Origin: Felis catus
Taxonomy: Eukaryota
NCBI RefSeq assembly: GCF_018350175.1
Contig: NC_058368.1
Span: 15,254,001 to 15,318,000, forward strand
Length of the DNA: 64,000 bases
Direction: 5' to 3'
Part shown: piece after piece, positions 51,415-64,000 of the stretch
Position numbering within the stretch: the first letter of the stretch is position 1
Layout of the letters: every line of letters starts with the position of its first letter
Position numbers and translations under genes: made by a program
Notes under the pieces: model-generated
What the model was told of the DNA's origin: nothing
Seen by the model: only the letters and a program-made list of their open reading frames with translations
The model's database searches: none

Positions 51415-51629
51415 AGGGGGATTAAACAAATGAGTAAATATACTGGTGACACTGGAGCCAGGTTTATCACTGTTAGAGAAGGTACAAGTATGGAAGGGAG
51501 GAGAGCTAGAATGAACCCTGTGGTGTTCAGTCAGATGTATCTGTGTGAACTCATGGATGTGTGTGCATACACATACTCATATATACACACATCATATGTA
51601 TACACAAATGTGTATATGTGTATGTATTT

Positions 51630-51671
<42 letters not shown>

Positions 51672-52832
51672 CTATATTTCCTAGATCTGGCCAACACCCA
51701 TACTAAAAAAATACAAACAAAAGCCACACATTTCCCTACATAAAGCTAACTATATTGTGTAGTAACTGGAATACTGTTCAGAGCAGTGGCTAGAATTAAA
51801 TAGTACAACTATACACAAAGAAAGAACCTGGTAGCAATGATGCTCCCATAGCAATGGACACATTTTGGTTTCTAAATAGCACTCTCCACTAAAACACTGA
51901 AAGGAAGCACTCCTTAAAGAATTGGCTGACTTCAGAGTTGGGCAGGGGAAAGAACAAGAGCTTGGAGCAACTTTTTGTACCAGAAAGTTAAGGAAATAAA
52001 TGCTCACAGAATGATGGGGCTATGTCGAAAAGACACAAAGGACTTCCTGAAGGTCAAGAAATCCTCTGGTCAAAACTGGGACAACCTCAGCATCAGAATA
52101 AGTAAAGACAGCAGTGGATTATAATTCATTAAATAAAAGAAGAAAACATGAATTCACACTGATATAAGTCAGTGGCTGAAAAAAGAGAAAGCTTCTTTGC
52201 AGAAGAGTGCCAACTAATAAATATAAAAGGAATGACAGAATTAAGGAAACACCACTTGTTAACCCTCATAATAATAATTAATTCAGGCAAGAAATGCTGA
52301 GGATGCTAAAGCTAGTGGGCACAAGGGGGATGGAGAAAGGGATTTTATTATAGTTTCAAGATACAATAAAATATATATATTTTGAAATATATATATGTAT
52401 ATATATACATATATATATATATATTGAAAGTATGGTAAAATCTTACAGCCTTACTATGAAAGATAGTTACTAAGGGAGAAACAGAACTTCACAGTGGGGA
52501 TACCTGACAGAACCTTCTTCACCTATTAATCAAAGTTAAAACATGAGGAAATGTCAGACAGACTCATACGGAAGGACATTCTACAAAATGACCTACATAT
52601 AACCTTGTAGGTCATGAAGTGAGGAGGGTCAGAGTCACTGAGAAGAAAATAGAAATGTGGCAACTGAATTCAATGTGTGATCCCACTTTGGGTCCTTCAG
52701 CTGTCAGATGCTATCAACGTCATTGGGATAGCTGGAGAAATCTGAATGGGATTTTTGGTGGTTATTCAGGAGCTCTTTACACTTTTCAACTATTCTTTAA
52801 GTTTGAAATTGTTTCAAAATTAAAAGTAAAAA
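51415..52832 (+). mobile_element. Old L1 (L1MC-like) 3' UTR fragments
   Basis: Ends in tttgaaattgtttcaaaattaaaagtaaaaaa, a typical old-L1 terminus. Confidence 0.55.
51632..51669. repeat. (TG)n microsatellite
   Basis: Pure GT run. Confidence 0.99.
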
Positions 52833-52845
52833 AAAAATTCTGTGC

Positions 52846-52960
52846 GGTGCCTGGGTGGCTCAGTCGGTTCAGTGTCTGACTCTTGACTTCGGCTCAGGTC
52901 ATGATCTGTGTGGGATCAAGCCCAGCATCAGCTCTGTGCTAAGCATGGAGTCTGCTCGGG

Positions 52961-53002
<42 letters not shown>

Positions 53003-53563
53003 CCTCCCCTGCTCATGTGCACCCAAACACATACACTCACGTGTTCTCTCTCTCTCAAAATAAATAAACTTAAATTTTTTTATAAAGTTCTGTTTTGATA
53101 GGGTATGCTTGTAGTAAATGCATAAGGAGTAGGAAATATTTTCTTTCTTTTTAAAAAAATTTTTATTTCTAGATTTTTTTTTATACCTCATGTATTTTTA
53201 CACAAGACAATCTAAAAATGGATGGTGCTTTCTCAGTTTATTTTCCCTCAACACCACTAAGTGAGATCTGCAGACCAGAAGCAAGGCCATCACCTGGGAA
53301 CCTGTGAGAGATGCAAACCCAAGGGCCCCAGCCCACCGCTGCTCGCTCAGGTTCTCTAGGGAGTGTTTGGAATCTGTGTTTCATCAAGCTCTCCAGGTCA
53401 TTAATACTTACTGCAACCTGAGAAGCACTGCTTAACCCTGGATAGTGATCATCTTTTCATTAAAAAAACAAAAACAAAAAACTTATAGCTTTATTTCTTA
53501 TTCTTATTTAAGTTTATTTATTTTTGAGAAACAGCGCACAAACAGGGGAGGTGCAGAGAGAAG

Positions 53564-53609
<46 letters not shown>

Positions 53610-53728
53610 AAGGAACTGAAGCTGGCTCTGCACTGACAGCAGAGAGCCCGATGCAGGGCTCACAACCCACGAGATCATGATCTGAGGCAACGTTGGGTGC
53701 TCAGCCAATTGAGCCACCCAGACGTCCC
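52846..53728. mobile_element. Two CanSINEs (52846-53075 +, 53505-53728 -) with expanded CT/AG tracts
   Basis: SINE architecture. Confidence 0.88.
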
Positions 53729-56146
53729 TCTTATTCTTATTTTTAAACTGATATTGTTAGAATCTATGTACAGAAAAGTACATAAATCCTAAGGGATTTC
53801 TTATTCAATATTTTTTATTTTAATAGTTCTACATACAAAAAAAAGTTCTACATATATATTGTTCCTAATATACATTAAAATAAATAGTGCATCAAACCTG
53901 CAATGTCACAGATATAGCTGGTTAAATTTAAAGCAATTATCTACATTTAAAAGTGAGTGAATTTAAGTAAAACTGTTAGGTAAGTCACAGCGCAGGTGGT
54001 TCACAGACAATGCAAAAGTTGTGAGGATGGCTGACAAATGACCGAAGTTTGGGAGACACCAGTTTTGTTGATCAGATTAATTAGTTACTTCAAAGAGAAA
54101 GCATGTAGGAAAGACATGTTAGTATGGTTAGTGGGAGTAGAGCTGGGGAGACGTTAGATTATGGGGGTGCCATTGAGTCTTTGGGTCCCTGAAATTTGAT
54201 AAAACATGTCAGCACATGTTTTAGGGCCACAGGGGGGCATAGAAGATGAGGTGGGTCACAACATGGGACATACTTTCTTCATTAAACTGTGCAGGGCTGG
54301 CCTGCCTATGGTGTGATGGTGAATGGCAGGCTTTCTTCTCATTGGTGAACGGCCAGCTTAGATGAGGAAGGAATATGTCTTTGCAGATGTCTCTGTACTT
54401 AAGACAGACACTCATCAGACTGGATTGATTTAGGTACCTGCCTATTGCAAAGGCGCCCAGGCATCCCCAAAGGCATTATGGCAGACTGATGGATGAGAAT
54501 TCACTGACAAGCAGGGTAGCCAAGCAGAAATCTTGTTTTTCGGAAATAATAGCTTGAGGATTTAGCAGACAATAGCATTTCCCTGGCTTCCATTTTACAT
54601 CGCAAGTGTTCATAACCTCTTTGAAAATGAAATGCCCCAAATTTGTAGAAGGAGGTGGCCGATACAGAAAGCAGCAGCAAACAGTGCCTTTGAAACCCTG
54701 CCTTTTCCAGTGCCTTATGATTCCGGGTTTCATGCAAACAAAACCTTTCATAAAGTTCTCCCAAGCCTCCCTGGAGCCGTCCTTATTACTCAGTGTGCTG
54801 AAAAATAATCTCAGCTTGGAAAACAATCTTCTGTTTCTCACCCCCAAGGTTCAGCAGGCTGAGGCAGGAATTGCCTCAGTCCTGAGTGCTTCTGAGCTCC
54901 AGGCAGAGCAGGGGGACTTCCCACCTCCCAGGGCAATGTCCTGAAGTGTGTGGATTGAATACAGGAAAAAGAGAATTCGTGACTTGACTGTTTTAAGGCC
55001 AGTTGGTTTTAAGGTTCAGTTGTGTCTCCCCTCCCCCCCCCCATAACGAGATCTGAAAACCAAAATTGCTCATTTGCAAATTAACTGCTCCAATTTGGCT
55101 AATGTATCTAACGCCCTGTAGAGGAATGGCAATTTTATACCTCAAGGTCAGCAAAACTGTGTAATTAGAGTTTCAGTTTTGTGACTATACACCGAGAACT
55201 GCCAGGCTGGGTCAGGCACAGCCATTTAACTAGCTGTGGGCCTTAGGTGGATGCTATCCTCTCTGGACCTTGGTTTCATCATTTTAAAGTTGAAGTTTCA
55301 ACCAGATAATTGATAACTGCCCTCCCACTGTAACAAACTGTATGCCAGCACCTTTCCAAAGGTGCTTGTCTATTTGTTCTGGTATGCCAGGTGCAGGAAA
55401 CTGGGGCTTGGGGAAGGAAATGGAGAAGATATTTATGTCTCACACACACAGAGGAAGGGTTTGTGTATGTCTGGCGGTAACTGTCCAAGGTCAAAACTGT
55501 ACAGGGTCATCCGATATAGAGGCACTTCCTTGTGGGCAATGAATAAATGAATGTTAACAAAATGGAAGAGCAACTTAGGGCATGGAAGTGGCCCCTGACA
55601 ATGGCTCAGGTGGATAATTGCCTCTTATTACCCAAGGCATTATTCAAAATAGTAACCTCAAAGCTTTTTTGTTTTGTTTCTTAAAGCTTCTTTGATTTGT
55701 CCTTGGATCTAAAAAGACTCAGTCATTATCTGCCTGTTTACTCTGAGTAAATGTGTACCCTAAGGAAATGTGAGTTTGTGTTCCTTCTGCTTGAACACAT
55801 TGACCTTTTGGGTTTGCTGACTGTCCATTCTCACGAGGGGTCAAAATGGATGGCAGTCTTTAAGGAGTTAGGTGCGAGCCCTCCTTCCCTGAAAGAGCTT
55901 AGAGCCTGAATAAGAAACACAAATATCTGTTTATAAGCTTTTTCTGCAATTTCAAGAATCAATCTCCTACTGCTTATTATTTTGGAATTTTCATTCCTTG
56001 CTTTTAGGTCTTCAGAGAACATGTATTTATGCATCTCTCCATTCATTTGTAAATAATTAAATTCCAGTTTGGTGCCAGCCCCTGTGCAGTACCAGGGGTA
56101 CAAAAGTGACTAACTTGCCCTCGAGTTTGGGAGGAAGTCACATAAA

Positions 56147-56344
56147 TTTTAATGTTTATTCATTTTTGAGAGATAGAGACAGAGCATGAACAGGGGAGGG
56201 GCAGAGAGAGAAGGAGACACAGAATCCAAAGCAGGCTCCAGGCTCGAGCTGTCAGCAGAGTCAGACATGGGGCTTGAACCCACGAACTGCAAGATCATGA
56301 CCTGAGCCAAAGTTGGACACTTAACTGTGCCACCCAGGTGACCC
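56147..56344 (-). mobile_element. CanSINE
   Basis: SINE architecture; flanks gggaggaagtca. Confidence 0.9.
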
Positions 56345-57327
56345 TGGGAGGAAGTCATGTAAACAGCTCATTAAAGAACTCTATTAGTCAGGACTCTTGG
56401 TTTCCTTGTGATAGAAACTCAACTTCAAACAGTTTCAGGCATACGGAGGAATTTATTACATCAAGAAAAGAGAGGCAGTCAACATTTAGATTTGTTTTTT
56501 ACATGAAATTCTGAATTTTTGGTCTTTTTTGTTTGTTTGTTTGTTTAATAGGGTATTCTAGAAAGACTGGCCTGTATTTCTGGAAGAAAACTATAAGCTG
56601 TAGCTGAGGAGTGGGTGTCCCTTATATATGGCACAAGTGCTTTCTCCTTGGCCCCAACCCATTTGCACTGTTTGCATATGTAATTATACTCGGCTCTGGT
56701 CATTCATTTGTGTTCCTTCTTTCTTCTTCTTAAGTATCTGAATTACTAGACCCTTGGATCAGAAGAAGGTCAAACTGGAGGTGGGAAGACCAGTTGGTAA
56801 GTTATTGCAACACTGTCTTCAAGAAAAGATGATAGCAAAGCAGATGGAGAGTCAAGAATAGTGGCAAGATATTTTGGTCATGGTGACAGAACTTGGTCAC
56901 TGGAGGATTACATATTTTTACTTCTTCAAAAATATTTTTGGAATCTTCTGGATTTATTTCCTTTATGTATTTATTTCACATGGTTTATAGAAATCTTTCA
57001 GACATTATGTATTATTTTTTCTTAAGAATAAACCAGGACCCTGGAGAACATGTCAGGGGTGGTCCAGAGGGGGACTGGCTAAGCATCCTTCAAACAGTAA
57101 GTTGGTCCAGGCCCAGCTCCAGTCCAAGGAGACTTTCTAAGCAAAGTGTGGGCAGCTTTTCTGACTTAGTAAAGCAAAGTTAAGATCCAGAGACTCAGAT
57201 ATCAGGCACAGTACCAGGGGCTCAGGGAAGGACCCAATCAACAAGAATCAGAGGCCTTGGCTTTAAGGTCAGTAACAAGTCACAATCCATTGGAGTCTGA
57301 ATAACTAACAGTCATTCATGCTATGGT

Positions 57328-57331
<4 letters not shown>

Positions 57332-57378
<47 letters not shown>
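57332..57378. repeat. (TG)n microsatellite
   Basis: Pure GT run. Confidence 0.99.
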
Positions 57379-57381
<3 letters not shown>

Positions 57382-58687
57382 TGAATTGACATTCTCTTTT
57401 CACTTATTACTGCTCCCATTGACATGTTGGCCCCTTGTTCTACAACTTCTGCAATTCTCCTAGGACTATCTAATATAGACTTCAGCATTCCCACTACTTG
57501 GTTTCTAGAGACTATTTTCTCCCAATTTCTCTACTCTTGCTAGATTTGGATTCCCACTATTTTGTACACTTTCTGTTTCCCCCTGGTATATTGTCTCCTG
57601 GGATCTTGACTGGATCTTGGACCCGGAGGATTCCTAGATGTGGATCTGAGTAACTTTGCCTTGAGCAGGCAGAAAAGACTTCACGTAGGTTAAGGTGACA
57701 TATGAGGGGGGCTTTGAAGATGAGAAAAATTCAAGGTGGATATGAGAGAAGATAAATGGTATTTTGAGGAAAGATGGGCATGGTTTATTTGGGAACTGTG
57801 AGAAGCTTAATGTCAATGGAACAAATGGTGAGTAAAAAGTGGGGTCCAAATTTATTCTTCAGTGGGGCAGTTTCTCTGTTTCCATCAGCCTTTTAGCATG
57901 AGCCAACGGAAGCTAAAAATGACTCTCCCTGGTTGATGTCCACAGCCACTAGAAAACAACTGTAGTATCAGAAGAGAATGTCTCAGTTCTGACACAAACA
58001 GACGGAAGAGTTTGTATTTTTCCTGAAGAGCTCTGGGAATCGAGAGGGCTCCCAAGATTTTTTATAATTCTTTCCAACTGTTTTCCAACTCTGTTGGTCA
58101 AAAATTTCCTCTTCTTTCCAACTAATATCTGATTTTTAAAAAATGTTTTAGGTAAAAAATTTCTAAAAAACTTAGAGTGTCCTGAAAGCATTTAAATATA
58201 TACTTTAATTTCAGAACACTGGGAAATTATCAATAGTCACACAATCTTAATATACTCATTAACATTGTAGAGTATTTCTAGTCTTTATTGTATGCTCAAT
58301 GATTTTTTCTGAACTAAAATGAAATCTTTTTAATATGCAATATTTTTATCATTTGCATTCTTAAATTTTTAAATGCAAGTAATGTCCATATCTGAGGGGG
58401 AGAAAAAAACCTTTGGCTCTATTGTGCATTCTTTCTTAAGTATTTGGAGAAAAACTACTTGGATTTTTAAAGTTGGACTTCAGATAAGTCATGAGAAATG
58501 GTGTGATATTCCAAGTGGTTCAGAATATATCTAAAGCTTAATACCAATTTTTGTAAATTTTGGATTTTTAGTAGAGATTAACTAGAACTAGAATTTAATT
58601 TATCCTGGCCCTATCACCCACTATTTGTGTGATTTTGGACAAGTCATTTAACCTTTTGTGCCTCAGTTTTCTCATTATTGAAATGAA

Positions 58688-58755
58688 AAGAAGAAGAAGA
58701 AGAAGAAGAAGAAGAAGAAGAAGAAGAAGAAGAAGAAGAAGAAGAAGAAGAAGAA
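58688..58755. repeat. (AAG)22 trinucleotide repeat within a MIR relic
   Basis: Uninterrupted AAG run following MIR-like gacaagtcatttaacc...cctcagttttctcat. Confidence 0.97.
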
Positions 58756-60509
58756 AAACTGTAAGAATTTAGTAAATTAAAATAAAGTGTTTAGAACAAT
58801 GCCTAGCACTCAATAAGTATTCAATAAATGCTAGTTACACATATTTAAAAAACTTTTTACCTCAGACACCTCAGAAATTATTATGCGTTTACTGCCATTG
58901 CTGAAAGTAGTCAAGTCACAAAGTAAAAATTTGAATCTACTTTTCAATGGAAGAAGATTCAGAAATACTCTGAGTATTAAAATTTTAAATTATTTGTTAA
59001 AAATACATTAAGGTTTTCCTAATGTCTCCCCACTAGGGAGAAAGCTTTCACCTCAGTTGACAGGGTCAGAGAACCTTCTCCCTTCCCCATTAGTATGCAG
59101 TCAGGTTTCTAGCATTCTAATGGACTCTGAAGAGACAAGGAACACATTCACGTTCTTTCACGTCCACATCGCCAAGAAATGAAATGTAGCAAAATCTAGC
59201 ACCATCTCCCTATTAAATTTAGGAACAGAATTCATCCTTTAATTGAATTCTTATCTAATGACTCAGAGCTTTAAGTCAACCTGAGAACTTTAATTCTGAA
59301 GTTTATTATCTCTGTTAATTAGGACAGAAATCACAATTATCTCGTTCTTGTCTGCCTCCTTTCAACTTGTCCCTTATACGCCACATCACTTCCCACATCC
59401 AAACATGTTTACTGTTGATTAATGAGAGTGAGCATTTTTTTCAGAGAAGGACACATTAGAGCTAGAGGTATAACTTATCCTTTCTTTCTCAGAGGATTGG
59501 TGATTTGGCTCTTGGGTTGATTGGGTTGAGAAGAAGCCACGGGAAGGTAAACAGCAGTGGTTTGGGGGTTCTAAAGGAGCTAGTGTTCAGGGAGAAGGTT
59601 GCACTCTGAGGGGAAACAAATGAGTTTACGTGACTCTACACCTCTCAGACCCCAGGTGATAACAGGAAGACCTTAAGTAGTGATGTTTCAGGGAAACTTT
59701 CCAGGGTTGGGTATAACTGGAAAAAAATACTGACAAGCAGAAAGTAAATCTGTACAAGGGACTGAAGAGAGGAAGCAAACTATATATCAAAATAAGTCTG
59801 CAGCCCAGAAATCCAGATTTATCACTTATACATTGAAAGGCTGAGCTATTCCTGGTCTCTCAGCATGTCAGTTTATTGCTACGTGCCACCTGGCACCAGG
59901 TCTTGGAAACTTGGGAATTTTGTTTAGGCAAAGTGTGTAAATGTTTTCCTGCCAGTATACATTTACAGTGCTAATCACAGCAGTGTTTCCTTAAGCTTTA
60001 TCCTCTAAGACTATCAATTTGTGGAGTTTAATTGTCTCCTTAGATCTAGGACCCCACATTCTTCTTCCTGCATCCATCACACCCTCTCTGAAGTAATGGA
60101 ACTTTACCCAAATAATTCTTGCCTAGTTCTGCAGTGGTTGTGATAGCTGTACTTTGAGCTACTGAGAGACCAAGAGTTTTTGTTATAAATGCTGATTTGT
60201 GAGTTCTGAGAAATTATAGAAGGAATCAGAAGTCCTGAAGCTGACTTACGGTAACTCAAGTTACTCAGCTGCATTGTAAGATTGCCAAGCTGCACAGCAT
60301 GGGGTTCTCTCTTCTCAGGTTCCCTTCTTTATCTGCTTCCATTCTGTCTTCAGAAAGCCCCTTCCCAAGACCTTAGGGGCAGCACTCTCCAAATTAACTT
60401 TCTGTGGCAGTGAAAATATTGTACATCAGCACTGCCCCATTGGAAACCACCAGCTACATGTGACTACTGAGAGCCTGCAATGTGGATAGTGTGACTAAGG
60501 GACCAACTT

Positions 60510-62922
60510 TTACAAGAAGTTTTATTGAAGTATAATTGGCACACAATAAATGACCCATACCTAACCATATAATTTTGATAATCTGATATATGAATACACA
60601 CATGAAAACATAACCTAATTAAGATAACGAACATATCCATCACCCATAAAAGTTTCCTTGTAAATTTTCAACTCCTCCCATCATCTCCTTTGCCTGTCTT
60701 CAGTTCGCCACTAACCTGTTTAATAAACTAAGGGTTACTTTATATCTTTTAGAACTTTATGTAAATGGGTAATAAAGTAGGTAACCCCCCACCCCCCTTT
60801 TTTTGGGGGGGGTCTGGCTTCTTTTTTTTAGATTCATCAATGTTGTAACATATATTAAGCATTAATTTATTTATATGGCAGAGCAGTATTCCATTGGTAT
60901 CCATATGGAATGGATATCCATATGGTATGGATATACCATAGTTTGTTCACCTGTTGATAGACATCTGAGCTTTTTCCAGTGCCTATTACATAGGAAGCCA
61001 TAAACATTTAAGTACAAGTTGTTGGATGGACAGATGTTTTTATTTCTCTTGAGTAAAAGCCTAGGACTAGAACAGCTACATCACATAGTAGATACAGGTT
61101 TACATTTCAAAGAAACTGACAATCTGTTTTTTACCTGCTGTTGATGAGAGCTCCAGTCTCTTGAATGCCTTAGTTGATGTGTGTAATCTTTTTAGTTTTG
61201 GCCATTCTAATAAATGTGTAATGGTATCTCATTGCCGCTTTAATTTGCATTTACCTAATGGATGATGGGGTTGAGTACCTTTTCATGTGTTTACTTGCCA
61301 TTTGTATATCTTTGGTGAAATGTCGGTTTGGATCATTTTCCCATTTCTTCTGGGTTGTTTTCTTACTGTTAAGTTTTGAGAGTTCTTTATTCTGGATATA
61401 AGTTCATTATCAGATATATGCTCTTCAACAATTAATCTTAGTTATTAGTTGCATGAATTTTCATTTTTTAAGTATATTTTGAGGAACAGAAGTTTTTAAT
61501 TTACAGAAAATTCAATTAAATGTTTTTAATGGATTGTGCTTTTATTGTTCTTAGAAATCCTTGCCCAACCTAAAGTTGCAAAGATTTTCTCCTATGCATT
61601 TTCTAGAAATTTTCAAGTTTTAGATTTCACATTTAGGTCTATAACCCATTTTATGTCAGTTGCCACATGGTGCAAGGTACAGATCCAAGTTCTTGTTTTT
61701 CTTTTTTAATTTGGATATCCAATTTTCCCATACCATTTGTTGAAAAACTATTCTTTCTCTACTGCATTGCTTTTGAAACTTTGTAAAAAATCAGTTGTAT
61801 ATGTATATGTGGATTTATTTCTGGACCCTATTCTGTTTCATTGATTTATTTGCCTGTTATGCCAAAACCATGCTTTCTGATTATAGTAGCTTTGTAACAA
61901 TTCTTGAAATCATGTATTGCTAGCTCTCCAACTTTGCTTTTCTTTTTCAATGTTGTTTGAATGATTATTCAACAATGCCTATTCTAAGTCATTTGCATTT
62001 CCACATGAATTTTAGAAATTGTGTAAATTTCTATTTTTAAAAAGCCTCCTGAGATTTTTATTGTAATTTTGTTGACTCTATATAACAATCAACTTGATAT
62101 ATCAATATATATAATTATTATTAAGAATTTACATCTTAAATTTTAGCTTCCTGATACACAGATACAGTGTCACTCCATATATTTGGGTCCTCTTTATTTT
62201 CTTCTAGTAATAGTTTGTAGGTTTCAGTGGATAGGTCATTCATATCTTTTGCCAGATTTATCTTTAATATTTTTTGATGAAATTGTAAATAGCTTTTTAC
62301 TTTTTATTTCAATTTTGGATTATTCATTATTTCTATAAATATATAGAAATATATTTATTTTTTGTAAATTGATCCTATATTCTGCAACAGTCTTTAGCCA
62401 CTCCATTAGGTTTTCTGCATAGTCACATTTCTGCAAATCAAGGTAGTTTAATTCTTCCTTTCCAATCTTGATGTCTTTTATTTCTTTTTCTCATGTTATT
62501 TCAATGGCTAGAACCTTCAGTTCACCACTGAATAGAAGTAATGAGAGTAGAATTCTTGTCTTGTTCCTAATCTTAAGGGGAAATTTTTCAGTTTTTCTCC
62601 ATTAAGTATGATACTAGTTTAAAATTTTTCACAAATGCCCCTTATAAGGATGAGAAAATTCCTTTCTATTTTAGTTTCCTGACAGTTTTATCAGGAATGG
62701 TTATTAAATTTTGTCAAATGGTTTATATGCATCTACTGAGATAATCACATGCTTTTTTTTGTTTTAGTTAATAATATATGAATTACATTGATTCTGAATG
62801 TTAAAATAAACCTCACTTGGTTATAATGGATTTTTAATGAATTTTACTTGCTAAATTTTGTTTAGAATTTTTGTGTCTGTGTTTCTGAGGGTTTTTTCCC
62901 CTGATTTCTTTCTTTCTTTCCT

Positions 62923-62970
<48 letters not shown>

Positions 62971-63670
62971 TAATTCTCTTTCTTTCTTTCTTTTTCTTTT
63001 CACCATTCCTACTCCTATTGTAGTAATTTGTGTCTCCTTTTTCCTGATCATTTTGGCTAAACATTCAACAACTTTACTGATTTTCCAGAAGAATCGTTTG
63101 GTTTTATTGATTTTTTTCTTGTTTTGCTGCTTTAATCTCCAACTGTAACTGAATTTTTTCAGTTCTCCTTTCAGTTATATCAGTTCATGTATTTTGGAGC
63201 TCTGTTATTAGGTGCATAAACATTTACGATTTTTATGTCATCTTAATGAATTGACCATTTATTTTTTCTGAAAAGACGATCCTTATCTTTGATAATATTC
63301 TTTGTTCTCAAATCTACTTTATCTGATATTCCTGTAGCCTCCCTAGATTTCATTTGGTTAGTATTAGAATAATATATCTTTTCACATTCTTTTACTTAAC
63401 TTGTCTGTGTCTATATATTTAAAGTGTTTTTCTTATAGATAGCATATAGTGAGGTCTTGCTGTTTTATTTTGGTAATCTTGGTAGCTTAGTTGGGATGTT
63501 CAGACCATTTCCATTGAGTGTAATTATAGATTTGTTTAGGAGTGCCTCTAATATTTTATTTATTTTCTATTTGTCTTATCTGTTTTGTGCTTCCTTTTTT
63601 CTCTTTTTTTTTCCCCTTTTTGGATTAGTTGCATGCATTTTTTTATTATTTCATTTTCTCTCCATTGTTG
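60510..63670 (-). mobile_element. Old, degraded L1
   Basis: T-rich antisense L1 text (tggtatctcattg...ttaatttgcattt, ccatttgttgaaaa, cttgtcttgttcctaatcttaaggggaaa). Confidence 0.85.
62905..62998. repeat. (TTTC)n tetranucleotide repeat
   Basis: Direct reading. Confidence 0.97.
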
Positions 63671-63671
63671 T

Positions 63672-64000
63672 CTTTTTTTTTTTTAATTTTTTTTTTCAAC
63701 GTTTATTTATTTTTGGGACAGAGAGAGACAGAGCATGAACGGGGGAGGGGCAGAGAGAGAGGGAGACACAGAATTGGAAACAGGCTCCAGGCTCTGAGCC
63801 ATCAGCCCAGAGCCCGACGCGGGGCTCGAACTCCCGGACCGTGAGATCGTGACCTGGCTGAAGTCGGAAGCTTAACCGACTGCGCCACCCAGGCGCCCCC
63901 ATTGTTGTCTTTTTTAAAAAAAATTTAATGTTTAGATTTGAAGGAGAGAGAGACAGAGTGTGAGTGGGGGAGGGGCAGAGAGAGGGAGACACAGAATCTG
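63672..64000 (-). mobile_element. Young CanSINE (63672-63900) and a second SINE cut by the window end
   Basis: TSD ccattgttgtctttttt. Confidence 0.92.

Noticed and set aside
51023..51425. 120-aa ORF with a hydrophobic stretch
   Set aside because: The nucleotides resemble an L2 relic plus a CT-rich low-complexity tract.
62834..63148. Lys/Glu/Arg-rich and Phe/Leu-rich ORFs
   Set aside because: Translations of the (TTTC)n repeat inside an old L1.
28000..64000. SERTM1 or other coding genes downstream
   Set aside because: No recognisable coding exons found; the listed ORFs derive from SINEs, L1/L2 or simple repeats. This region was not parsed as exhaustively for decayed exons.

Overview
Mammalian genomic DNA, almost certainly a felid (dense carnivore tRNA-derived CanSINE/SINEC_Fc-type repeats). 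The one recognisable intact gene is CCNA1 (cyclin A1), on the + strand. It has 8 coding exons from 19290 to 27727 with GT-AG boundaries that splice to 1266 nt = 421 aa + stop, behind a CpG-island promoter at about 17500-18750. The main discovery is on the - strand, head-to-head with CCNA1. About 14-15 exon-like segments between roughly 17497 and 2442 have splice signals whose intron phases chain in one reading frame, giving about 690 codons of protein-like sequence that I cannot assign to any family. The frame carries scattered stops, a few frameshifts and a SINE inserted inside one exon. It looks like a decayed multi-exon (unitary-type) pseudogene that shared the CCNA1 promoter, and the ORF track shows it only as unrelated scraps. 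Everything after about 28 kb is intergenic and repeat-rich (SINEs, L1, L2, MIR, LTRs, DNA transposon relics, microsatellites). Repeat family names are from recognition by eye and need RepeatMasker confirmation.
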